Below, piece by piece: positions 12,205-23,449 of a stretch of DNA of 64,000 bases. The position numbers and the translations under genes were made by a program. Position 1 is the stretch's first letter. Each line of letters opens with the position of its first letter. The stretch is from NCBI GenBank assembly GCA_964106645.2, contig OZ067039.1. One strand, given 5' to 3'. Below the pieces are notes generated by a model that saw only the letters and a list, made by a program, of their open reading frames with translations, ran no database searches and was not told the DNA's origin. The DNA is from Podarcis pityusensis. Lineage: Eukaryota.

Positions 12205-12210
12205 TTTATT
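12205..12210 (-). terminator. Candidate NTN1 polyadenylation signal AATAAA
   Basis: Plus-strand TTTATT. On the transcript it follows an AU-rich block and precedes a pyrimidine/GU-rich stretch; a CR1 fragment begins just beyond it. Confidence 0.55.
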
Positions 12211-15200
12211 TGACAGATGTCTGGATTTAGTCCTATCAAATGGATCCTGCACAGTTACATGCTGCTCCTGGTTCAGTTGTCAGCCCATCTAACAAATAAA
12301 AGAAAACGGAGGGAGGGGGAATAAGAAAATCCACAACTTTTTTCCCACATGTCATTAAATATATTCATATATATAACCATAATATATTAGTATGCATTGT
12401 AAAGAAACATTGCCCCCAAACTATATGTAATAGTCATAACTAAACAACATTTACAATTCATGATATTAACAGGAATAATCAAAACACAGCTGATTTTTTC
12501 CCCTGCGTAATAGGGAAAAGGTAAGATGATCAAGGGAATGAGCATACAATGAACCAGCTAAAACAAAACATAAAATGGGGAGGAAGCCATTGTTCAATGC
12601 TACTCATGAGTGGTGATTGTTTTGGCATTTCAGCTGCTTCTCAGAATGGTTTGTGTTGCCCTTTTACCCTGTCAATGTAGAGCTTGGAATGTTTCTCAAG
12701 AAGACCTTGAATGTAGTCTGCTGTGTGGCACTCCTAGAGCAGGTGCAAGGCATCAACTTCCTTTTTTTGAGATTCATTTAAATACTAAATTTGGTGATAG
12801 TTTTACTTATTTTCTCAACTGCAAAAAAAAAATTAGTTCTTTAGGAAACTACGGCTTGCCATTCTGCTTCCTAAACCACCACCTTTGCTGGGCTGCTCTT
12901 GCTGAGTTCTAGTCCCTTAAATTTTGGCTGTGAAACCAACAGGAAAGGATTATTGACCTTCTCTGTTATGAAAGGTTGCCTAACTGAGTGTTAGCCTCCG
13001 AATAAAAAGGACAACCCTAAATGTAAGAGACAATCCTGACCATATACTACCTCCTAAGCACATTTGATGGTGTAGAAAGATTTGAAGCGCCACCAAATAA
13101 GTAGCCCCAAGTATGCTGAGGCTGTGTTGCTGTATTTCTGTTTTAGAGAAAAAAGAGAGAGGGGTTCTAGAATGTAAGCCAACCCCCCCCAAATATAACT
13201 CCTTTTATTTCATAGTTTACTGATTGAAGCTGAAAGTCTCTCTGACTCTCCTATATGCTCATTGCAGTATACCTAGACAGGTAAATTCTTTAAATGTGGG
13301 ATGTGCAAAACAAACCCTTAAGCCTGCCAATATAGATGACAAGGAAAAGGCTTTTCTTACTAATTTGGGATGAGGAGAAAGTAATCTAAAAAATTACATT
13401 TCTGGTTAATATACAGTTTCTGAGTTCTAGCCTATTTTACATTTTGTACTATACAGTCAGCATTCTTGGTTTTCTCTATAAGCCGCCCCCCCCCCCCGAC
13501 TGCCTTTTGCTATCTTGGTGTCTCCATGCCCCTTTACAGCTCTCTAGGATATCGGTGTCCACTATGGAAGCGCAGGTCATTTTCCAGCTGTCCTATAGGG
13601 ATTGGGCAAACGGTGAGGGTATCTGTTTGTAAACGTTGTTTTGAGGAATTATTTAGTGGTTATCAGTACTAATTCCCAAAACCAAACATAGAACTGGCTC
13701 CTGAATGCTCACAGGAATATATATGTGCTGCTGTGTAGTTAAGATGCAGAACAGAACTGTCAAGGGGAAACGACATCACACCAAGATCTGTATTGTAGCC
13801 AGAGAATTCCATATGGAAAGCGAGGAACGAGAGGTTTGTGTCAAGGAGAAGGATGCACTCGTCAGGCTGAGATGGATTTTTAGGCGCTTTGATTTTTCTT
13901 TCTGAATTTTCAGTCTAGGATAAATCTATTGTCAGACTACTAAGCACGTTATATGAAAATCAAATTGTTTTCTGTTCAATGCTGGAACACTAATGAGAAC
14001 TCAGACAAAAGCCCCCCTCCTCCTCCCTGTTACCTTTAGGACACAGAAAATATGCAGTCACTGAGCTACCCCACAGGGCACAGCTCAGAGAAGAGTCTGA
14101 ACCTGACTAAGTTACAGCTTAGGCAGAGTATCATTATACCCTGTTTTACCCAGGCTGTGTGACTTGTAAAACCCCTGCGTTCCATTGATTTTAAAATAAA
14201 AACCAGGCTTTTCGAAGGGCTCTCTGTTTTCTTTAGTGTCTAGGTTCTATATGAAAAATAGGTGAAATTTTGAGAGGGATGTTTAAAAACATTAATTAAA
14301 AAAAAATTCAACAGTAGCAAAAGTGAAGATAAACAGAGGCTTTCAGTTCAGCTTTAAACCCAATTACTACTTAAAAAATGAACGTTCCATACAGGAGTAC
14401 CTACCTCACCACTGATGTTTATCACTAGTGGGCCTGCATTCAGAGTCTATATCAGTGCTAAGATTTTACAGGCCGCTCTTTCAATACAGTACACTTCAAC
14501 ATGTTGCTAACACAAGAAAGCTGATGACATTTGAAGAGTTTTGAGCAGTGGTTTTCAAACTGTGGTCCTAGGAATCCTAGAGTTCCTTAGCAGGTTATTC
14601 AGGGTTTCTCCTGATGAGAAGCAGATCCTCTTTGCTTGCATTGCACAGACTGAGTAGAATGCTGGGTGGGCTCTGGGGAGCGTCTCTCAGATAGGCCCAA
14701 CAAGCATGGCGGACATTGCACAACAACAGAGTGCACAGTTCCTCAGCAGACAAATCAGTGTAGAACAGGTATCCTGAAGATAGGAAGTTCGAAAACCAAT
14801 GACCTAATAAGATGCAGCTTTTCCGGAGTTACTTACTTTGGTTCTGTCATGCAGCAGAATGAGGCGGTAGAATCTGGAGGTGATAAAATGGATTGTACTA
14901 CTCATGGGTGAGAAAATAACCATTTTGAATGCTGCCCGGCATGCAAAATTCCCTGCAAGTTTTTTTAAAAAGGAAACAAACTAGCATGTCAGGACGGTTC
15001 TAGCTCTTCCTGCTGTGCTACTTTTCTACATTCAGGGAGTATTTTATGGAGGGCGTCACTCTAAAATATAGAACCCCACTATCTATATTATGCTACTTAA
15101 TTTCACAGTATGAGTAGATCAGGGCAGTGTGTGGCTGAAACAGGACATGGCAACAAGCACTTTTTGTTTCAGTTGTTGGCTTGGCTCTTTTTTGTCTTCT

Positions 15201-16096
15201 ATTTTAGTAGGTAAACTAATTCCCTCTGAATCTAAAATGAGTGTCAGTATGAACAACACTGATAAATGTACCTCAGCTGTGAGAATGTTCTGCATATTTC
15301 TTTTTCAGCAACTAGGTTCATATAAAGAAGTGGGAGCCCAGAAACTCTCAACAGTGTGCAGAGCAGTTGAGTCACAGCACTTCGTTCCCACCCCTTGCCT
15401 TCAGCCAGGGATCCTAACTCTGTCCCCCTATTCTCGGCTTCCCCGGCATCTGGCCACTTTACACCTATTTGTGCTACAGTTTGTTTTATGGTAGTTTATG
15501 TCATTATATAAATATTGTCAATTGCTATAAAACAAGGCAAAACCACTGGAAAATGTCATTAAAAGGATGTTTCCATATTTCCTAATAGGAAACATCTTGG
15601 GGAAGTTTGTATTTTGCAGAGCAGGCGTCCCTGAGCTCACGCGTGAACCGCCTGCCTAGACAGTCCTAGTTTGCAAGTTAGGGCTGATGGGAGATTTGCA
15701 TGAGTGGAACAAAAATCTCCTTCAAATGGAGGTTAGGGGAAGGAAAGTGTAGAGAGCTGCTGTGGGAGTGTTTGAGAGGGCATCTCCTTTATTCTAGGTA
15801 TGTTATTGGCTGCAAAACATACATTTTGGGTTCTTACAAACATGAGTTTCCTTGTCCGAAGTGACACTCCTTGCTCCATGTAAGCATTAGTAACACTTTT
15901 GTTCTTTTGTGTCTTTTCCCACTTGGTCTTCCCTGGAGCAGGTATGGTACACATCTTGGTCAATTCATTCCCTGCAGGCAGAGCCAGCACATAGGACTGT
16001 CTGCAGCTCAGCAACCCTCCTGGGAAAAGAGGAAGCACTGAATGGATTTTACACTGAGATATTAATAACCATTGCTGTGGAGAGGCACAAAAGTGG

Positions 16097-16099
<3 letters not shown>

Positions 16100-16141
<42 letters not shown>
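16100..16141. repeat. (GT)21 microsatellite in the NTN1 3' UTR; (CA)n on the mRNA
   Basis: Perfect GT run seen directly. Confidence 0.95.
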
Positions 16142-16145
<4 letters not shown>

Positions 16146-17270
16146 TCAGTTTGAATCTATCAATGGTAACTTTTGCTTTCTGCTTTTGAGATGAGTATTG
16201 ATAGTCTAGTGGGTGTCTAAAGAAGTTATTACTACTTAAAATTATAGACAGAGTTTATTTCATTTCCTAGTGAATGCATTTAAAAATAATAATAATCCAG
16301 TGGTCTCAGGGTAGGGCTATATTCACAAAAGCAGCAGTGCAAGGACAACTCCTAAAAATCCGAGTCATTTATATTTGACTAATTCTTTAGATTACCCATT
16401 AGATCGGTGGTGGTCATGTTTTCAGATATTGCTATTAAGTAATTATTATTTCAATTGCTCCATCAATACTTCATAGCTGTCAGCTTTCTTTCCTTAGCAG
16501 AGTGCCTTTTAAAGTCAGGCAATAAGACCTTAGTCTGGGGCTGCATTTTCAAGAAAGCATACCCCTCTACTGACTGCCTTGTATGTAGGGTAAGTAGCTT
16601 ATATCTCTGTGAACTTTCATTAGATTCTTATAAAAAGGTGACCCAGTCCATTAAATGCTGCATGACAGATAATGGATGAGCTACTCAGGCTGCTAGTTTG
16701 CTGTTCATTTGATTGTAGCCCCAGAAATTGGTTTCAAGCCATGATCCATATGCTCCATCTTTCCAACCAATAAGAACGTGATTTAATCTCCTTTGGAGGA
16801 GATGTATTCAAAGGGCAATTTCTGTGCAACTTCAACATCTCTCTTTATATTTGCTTCAGTGACACGTTGAGTCCTTTCTGTGCCTAGACTTTAAGACTAG
16901 TTGATGTTAGAGAACTTAAGGCAGTTGGTCATTCTTCTGATTAGACAGAAATAAAGAGAGAAGGAAAGTCAAAGGGGATGATGGCAACTAGTAACTGGCC
17001 TAACATTTGTTACTATGGTGAGTAGGGTCTCGCGTGGCTGTCCTTCTCTAAACTTGTCACTTCTCACTACATTTTGTGGTTTTTCTGTATTGTGAGGTAC
17101 ATAATTGGCATGTCTCACAGAAGTTATTAACCCCTCCTTTGTCCCCCCACCCCGTCACACACAATGCAAAGTGAGCTTCTTGCCAGTGACCCTAATCCCA
17201 TTCGCGTCTGCTTCAAGTCCTACGCAAAGCAGTATGTTCAGTCTCTCTTCCCATCTCCAGTTCTCTCCCC

Positions 17271-17599
17271 CTAGGCTTTCTTGCACTTCCCCTTCTTTTC
17301 CCGTTGCTGGAACTTCCTCAGTCGCCTAGCCCATGTGTCCCTCCACTGTATAACAAGGCTGCTTTTGTCTGCCACGATGCCGTTCTGATCAGGGGAATCC
17401 TCGTCGTGGCCCAGCAACAAGTATTTCTTCATGGGTTTGATTTTTGGGCACTTGCAGGCAATGTCCTTGGAGCGTATCCAAAGGAACTGGTCACCGCGCC
17501 GTATCCGGTTTGTCCCTTGCTTGTACACAGAGATGATGTTGACTGTGAACTTCCACCATTCTCCAGCCTTATCTGCTTTCAGTATGTGGATCTGGACAG
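17271..17599 (-). CDS. NTN1: Netrin-1 last coding exon (exon 7), NTR/C345C domain to stop codon
   Basis: Translates (A)[108 protein letters not shown]. Acceptor ctgttcccag; TAG at 17273-17271. RGD motif and basic C-terminal tail are retained. Confidence 0.98.
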
Positions 17600-20500
17600 C
17601 TGGGAACAGAAAGCCAAGAACAGGGACAATCAATTTAACACCCCAATTCTCCTCTCAAGGACAAAGCAAATGTTGCTTGAACAGCAGTGGTTAACCAAGA
17701 GCAATCTAGAAATATGCATGAAGGACATCACATTGCTGTAAATGACAGACTTGTAAGTTACATGATAGAAATGTTCTTACTGTCCTTTATGGGGTAACTG
17801 ATTTGATAGAGGGATGCTGGGGATGTAACTGCCCAACTGCATTATGTTACCTAGAAAAAGTATGATATGTCGTAGATTCCCTTACAATGCCTTCTCTTTG
17901 GAAAATGACCCATTATATATATATTTTAAATGGGATTGAGTATTCATCCAGTATTTTCAAATGGGTAGACTGTATGCATATAATCAGCAGATGAGAGGAG
18001 TTGCCTGTACTTCAGAGTCTGTTCCCAAACTGAAAGGTCATTGGAGGGGCAGTGCGGGACTATCGGCATCTGTCTGTCATTTAAGTAACTGGTCTGTTTG
18101 TCCTCGATAGATGGTCATGGGTTTAGTTTTAAGAGAAGAGTTGCCCTTACTTGTATTGCATTCAGATTTCATTTGATCCTGCCTATTTTTTCTGGAGTTG
18201 TGACCGAAATGTGCATTAGAGAGAAAGAGAGGAGCCATCCCATTTTTCCTGATTGTAATAAGTCACTTTCAGTTTGGTTAACTACTTTGTTCCAGTCTTT
18301 GCTTAACCCTTCATCACTCTTTCCTGTGACTACATATGTGCCTGCCCCAAGCAAATTGGCATTTGAGAATAATGTATCCAGCTCTCTTCTGCCTGTGGAG
18401 ACAAGTCTCTCCCTGTCCAACTCTCCCTTCTTTTCATGCTGGGCATCTTGACCTCTGTGGTCTGTGCTAGTGTCCCACATTCCAAGTCTAAGTATGATGG
18501 TAACCGTTTCCATGTTTCCCTTACCTAGGGATTTGAGGCTCAATGAGAACTTTAAAAAAATAAATAAAAAGTGAAGGAAGTCAGGGTCTTGTTTGGCTGA
18601 AGTCATGAAAGGTGGCCATGGTAACAAAAGGCACCCCTTTCATTTTGAGCAAAAGGTTGGGGGGAAGGGAATTAAAACCCACCAAGAACTTTGCCACACT
18701 GTTTGGTTTTTTGGCATGTACTGGGGCTAGCCTGTGAAAAGAATCTTGCTGCAATGCATCCCCACAGAGCAGAGTCCCTACCTTTTAACCCAATGCTTCT
18801 AGCTCATAAGCATGCAAGATTTGTCACACTGGGTAGGATGAATAGACTACCAGTCTACTGCCTTATCTCCAGTAGCAGCCAGTAAGGGTCTTTCAAAAAA
18901 TGCCCTGCCTTCCTAGAAGTACTTGTGATAGTATACAGAAATGAAAAGGCAATCGGGTGACCCGGCAAAAAGTTTACAGATGGGTGAATCAAATCACAAG
19001 CATAGACGCTGTTAGACTAACCAAATCATCTCAAACCCACAAGATTTTCATGGTGAGATAAACAGCCCCAACCTAAAATCTCAATGTTCGGTGTTAGTAA
19101 TGTTGGGTAGAAACCATTCACAGCTTTGCTGTAAAATAAATACGATATATGCTGCGCGCCAATTACTTTTATTAAATTTCCTTATAGGCTACAGAACCTT
19201 TATCCTAAATGGATACAAAGGTTGAGGAAACTCAGCTGAAAGACCTGAGCAGTGCTCATGTAAGTCTCCAAAAGGACTGACCTAGAGCTGGCTCCCCACA
19301 AACTAAGCAACTTCTTCTGGTGTGCCCCCTCCAAGTCTTGCTGTGGCATTGAACAGCTTCCCGGGATGGTCCGTTTTAAGACTCACTTTCAGCTGGGGTT
19401 GCATAGTTCCTCCAGGCTTATCCATGGGCTTCACCCCTCTTGGGCTGCAGAGCAACTCCCCTTGTTTTGAGAACAATTTTTCTTTCACACAGAAAAAGTG
19501 GGCAGTCAATCTGTAAAGTTTCTATGCTGTCAAAAGCACAATTTTGATGCGAAAATTGAAGCTGGCAACTGTTCAGCTCCATCCTAAGTAGGCTAAGTAC
19601 TGCTGAAAAGGGAAGTGGCTGTTTGAGAATTCTTCCTCTGCCAGATTAGACAACTGAGAAGAGTCACACCCACAGTAAACGATGTGACAAGGGGGAAGAT
19701 CTTAAATCATTTTGGAAAGCAGAGCATTGCTTGATATGTGGGAGTAGGGTGATTGTTGGCTGGAGTGCTTCAAGTTGTTGAAAATAAAGAGAGCAAGGGG
19801 TATTTATAGGAGGTTCAATTTAAAATCCAGTGAAGCTAAACTGATTTGGATCTTTGGTGTTCTTTTTTACAAGGTTGTGTTTCTTTATGTTATTTAATTT
19901 ATTCCATAAAATTCATACACCCTCAAGTGGTTTACAAAAAGATAAAACAATAAAGATGTGAAAAAATCATGACCATACTTTAAATCATACAAAAGTTAAA
20001 ATACTAAAAGTTCCAAACTCAAGCATATTTGATCTTCCAGGAGGAAAACAATTCCTGCAATCTAAAATCAAGTGATGTTCCTTAACTCCACAATTATACT
20101 CTTCCCCTAGGCTGACTCTCAAAATTAACATCCCCGTGTCTTAAATTGTCAGGATCAGAAGACAGCATCTACCAGGGCATTGTGTGAACAGGGCCATTAG
20201 GAATTCTTATGCCATACCAACAACTTCTACGGGCCTCACCATTAACAACATGGATAGCAGGTACAGGAAAATGAGATGCACCGGCGTCTACTTAGTGTGG
20301 GAGCTGGCAGTTTCCTAGTATTCAGTAGGGAGGGGCAGGTGGAGGAAATTATGGTTCTGGTCTGGAGGAAAAGGGATAATGGCTATTAATTAACTCTGGA
20401 GTGCCAAACTCAAATGGACTGGAATGGGGAAAATACTTTGATTGGATGGAGGGGTTGGGGGGAGGATGAGGGAGCCAAGGGTTAACTTCTGAAAAGCAAG

Positions 20501-21072
20501 GTGCTGGGGTTCAAGCCTTCCTGTAAGCTTGGAAGTCTTACTCCTTAATCCTAGATATGTTGGGGCTTGTTCAGGTTGCTCTGCAGTGAAGGAAATACAC
20601 TGAGAAAGTTCAGAGGCAAACACTTTTTATTTCTTCCACATAATGATCTGGTATCAAATTCAGGTGGAACTGCATTTTTGGGTTTGTTTCTTTTTAAGCG
20701 AGTCTGGTATCTGTATGTGGTGGGTGGTTAAGTTCGCCTTCTAATCCATTTGAGTTTGACATTCCTCTTTATTGTTTCCTTTGTGAGTGAAATTGCTTCA
20801 TCGAGAAGCTGAGTATAATCCAATCAGTTTCATTTCCATCACTTCACTATTTAGCACCAAGAGGAGTCACTATAATTTTAAATGGCTTCTTCTTACATCT
20901 GGGACCCTACCTGCTCTAGCAAATATCAGCAAACCTTATATGAATCTGACCACTATAAATATTTCCCAGACACCCAAGAGTGTTGCAAATCCCCCCCCCC
21001 ATTGGTTGATAGATCAATATATGAACATTTTGGCATTGACTTTTCTTTTGCTTGGAGATCACTTGTCTCAAA

Positions 21073-21300
21073 TAGAGCTGCCATATGTCCAGATTTTCCC
21101 AGGCATATCCAGAATACCACAGTTGGCAGCAGCGTCCAGGTGGTAATCGGGAAAATCAGGATGTATGGCATCCCACGTTGCTGCTTTTCCATTAAAATAG
21201 TGATTTTGCCCAAGAAGCTCAACAACTTTGAGCCAAAAACCCCCTGAAACTCAACAACTTTTCTGTCCGGATTTTCACTGTTTGAAATACGAAACCCTAG
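21073..21300. mobile_element. Non-autonomous DNA transposon with AGGGTTGCCATA-like termini and an internal inverted repeat
   Basis: agagctgccatatgtccagattttccc (from ~21073) is inverted relative to gggaaaatcaggatgtatggcatccc (~21148-21174); right end tgtccggattttcactgtttgaaatacgaaaccctag. Confidence 0.6.
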
Positions 21301-21439
21301 TCTCAAACTGTGATAATGTAAGGCACTGAATATTTTTAATTATACTTGGATTATATCTCAAGATGCTGCCATCAACTAACTGCTTTTATAAAAAGCATAT
21401 GCTGCACTGTAATGCAGCCTCCCTGCTTCACCTTGCAGT

Positions 21440-21561
21440 CCCAATGTGGCACTGCTGATTGCAAACCCAAGACACAAAGGTCCAATCCTGGCATCTCCAG
21501 GTGCAGAAGGAAAAGAATCTTGCCTGAAACCCTGACTGTGCAAGGCAGCCTCCTATGTTCA
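21440..21561 (+). mobile_element. Degenerate tRNA-derived SINE copy
   Basis: ggtccaatcctggcatctccaggtg...tgcctgaaaccctga...aaggcagcctcctatgttc; same family as the 48452 and 60333 copies. Confidence 0.6.
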
Positions 21562-22875
21562 TAGAGACCTGTCTGACTAGTTCACATAGAAAAATTACAA
21601 GCAACATTCAGCAACAATGATATGCCTGCTTCTTAGCCCCCAAACAGGCCCACTCCGATTCTCTACCAGCAAAGCTGTACTGCACAAAATGATACAAGGC
21701 AGCCTGGCTATGCTTGGAAGCAGTAGTTTACTGCTAAACTTTAAAGTGTGGTGGGAGGGGGGCTCTGGCTTCAGTTAAAATGAAGACAACCTATCCTGAA
21801 TTATGCTGGATTTAGCCTTCTGCCCCCTGCGAGAGTAACACAGACAATCCTACAACTGCTGGCATATCCTTGCACAGCCTGCCAGAGTAGAAAGAGAACA
21901 AGTCAGCATTTGGTTAAAGGAAAGAACTGACAAGCCATCTGGTTAACAGGGTTGGTAACCTCTCTCAGCAGGGAAGGAGGGAAAATTCCACCAGGGGCAG
22001 CATCTCTGTTCCATTCATGGCTGAGCTTGTGCTGTGAGCTACAAAGCCCCCCTCCCAGTCAAATCAGCACAAGCAAAGTGGATTAGACTGAGCCCTGGCA
22101 CCAGGAAAAATGCGATGGGCAAAAGGATTGGGATTGGTAACTGGGGGCAAGTGGATGAAGCAAGCAGCAGGTGCCCCGTAAGCAGCTCTGCAAGCCTGCT
22201 GTGCTCTAGCAATGTACCCCCTGAGGGGGAGAACAAAATAAAATGAGTCACAGCTTTCGCATTGAGCTTGCTGCTGCCTGGGCCCCCGATGACACTAGTT
22301 TCCGACATGGTGTGGCGTGTGTCCAGCTCCTCGCTAAAAATATCTCAGGCATGCACCATTGGGAGTATATGAGCAGAAGAGGGCAGGGGTCCCCAGGCTG
22401 CCATCGGCTCACGGCCCTTACTGTGCAATTAAAAAAAGCAGCAGACTTGGTGTTTGTAAACTCTTCTTTTAAACTCTTGTTTAGAGAAGAGAAGGCCAAG
22501 TCAGCCAGGAGTCATCTTTCTTGGAAATTTAAAAACAACAACAGAAAAAAAACCTTCATGCATGGCCAATTTACACAGCCCAAGCCTTCTGGGAAATAGC
22601 TGGACAATAAGCTGAGCAATGAGCAGAGCTAGGATACGGCCTATTTAAGCCAGGAACACCTGTGGTGCTGGAAAGACGTCTCCAGAGAAAGGACTGCATC
22701 AATAAAGAATAGAAAACAGAATCCACCAAATCCTTACCTACTCCCTGTAGGAGTTTGGTTGCCATTGCCTTCTCAACCTCTGTTCTTACAAGGCTTTTAA
22801 ATGCAGTGTTGAGGATAGATGCATATCCTTTGAGTGCGGGGCCAAGGCTCTGTTCTTCACTGTGCTGTTAACCAG

Positions 22876-22888
22876 CCACCAGGTGGCA
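22876..22888 (+). promoter_or_regulatory. Candidate CTCF binding site
   Basis: CCACCAGGTGGCA matches the CTCF core consensus CCASYAGRKGGCR at all 13 positions. Motif match only; no binding data. Confidence 0.5.
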
Positions 22889-23415
22889 TTGCAGCACTTC
22901 AGGCAGCTGAGAAACTGGCAAGGGTCACAATCAGGGAGGAGGCACAAACCTCTTGTATTTTCTCCGCAATGTTACAAGTTACGCATTTATAAACACGTTA
23001 TTTGAGGGCTCTTAACTGCACCTAAATGTTGTAACATGGATGCAGCACCACACACACAAACCAAGAAATCTTGCTCACTGTGAAATTCCTAGACATGTAG
23101 CAAAACCTTTTAAGTTCTTTAGGAATTATTGCTTGGACCGACAATATCTGATTGCAATTGCCCAGAGGTTTGACTGCAAGACAATCTCTCCCCACAAATG
23201 CTAGGAGTTGCTTTCTTACTCACAATATGTCAAAGACTTGGGAACAGAGGAAAATTCAATAAATTCACTGAGAGTTCCCCTCGTTCACCTTCCCATCCTC
23301 TCCAGATGTCCACAGGCCCTGAACAAATATGTTTGATATGGTCCTTCATTCTTTGAAAGTATCTAAGCCTAGACCAGGTCATTCTAGTTTCAACCCCTCT
23401 CTGGAGCAAAGTTTG

Positions 23416-23417
<2 letters not shown>

Positions 23418-23448
<31 letters not shown>
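23418..23448. repeat. (ATT)10 microsatellite
   Basis: Seen directly. Confidence 0.95.

Positions 23449-23449
<1 letters not shown>

Larger units (their letters stand above)
12190..17270 (-). other. NTN1: Probable long (~5 kb) NTN1 3' UTR
   Basis: Runs from the stop codon to an AATAAA (plus-strand TTTATT at 12205-12210). The region is poor in recognisable young TEs and has AU-rich, UTR-like blocks near 12340-12480, 13430-13470 and 15490-15600. The 3' end is inferred; other TTTATT hexamers (e.g. near 13204, 15788, 16254) could be alternative sites. Confidence 0.6.

Noticed and set aside
17304-17741. 145-aa plus-strand ORF overlapping NTN1 exon 7
   Set aside because: Antisense shadow of a real coding exon, with a non-ATG start and no recognisable domain.
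18098-18627. Overlapping 117-aa (+) and 152-aa (-) ORFs in the last NTN1 intron
   Set aside because: Non-ATG starts, no recognisable homology and no supporting exon structure; lengths are compatible with chance in 64 kb.
21988-22001. CCACCAGGGGCAGC CTCF-like motif
   Set aside because: One G short of the core, giving two mismatches in register; much weaker than the 22876 site.
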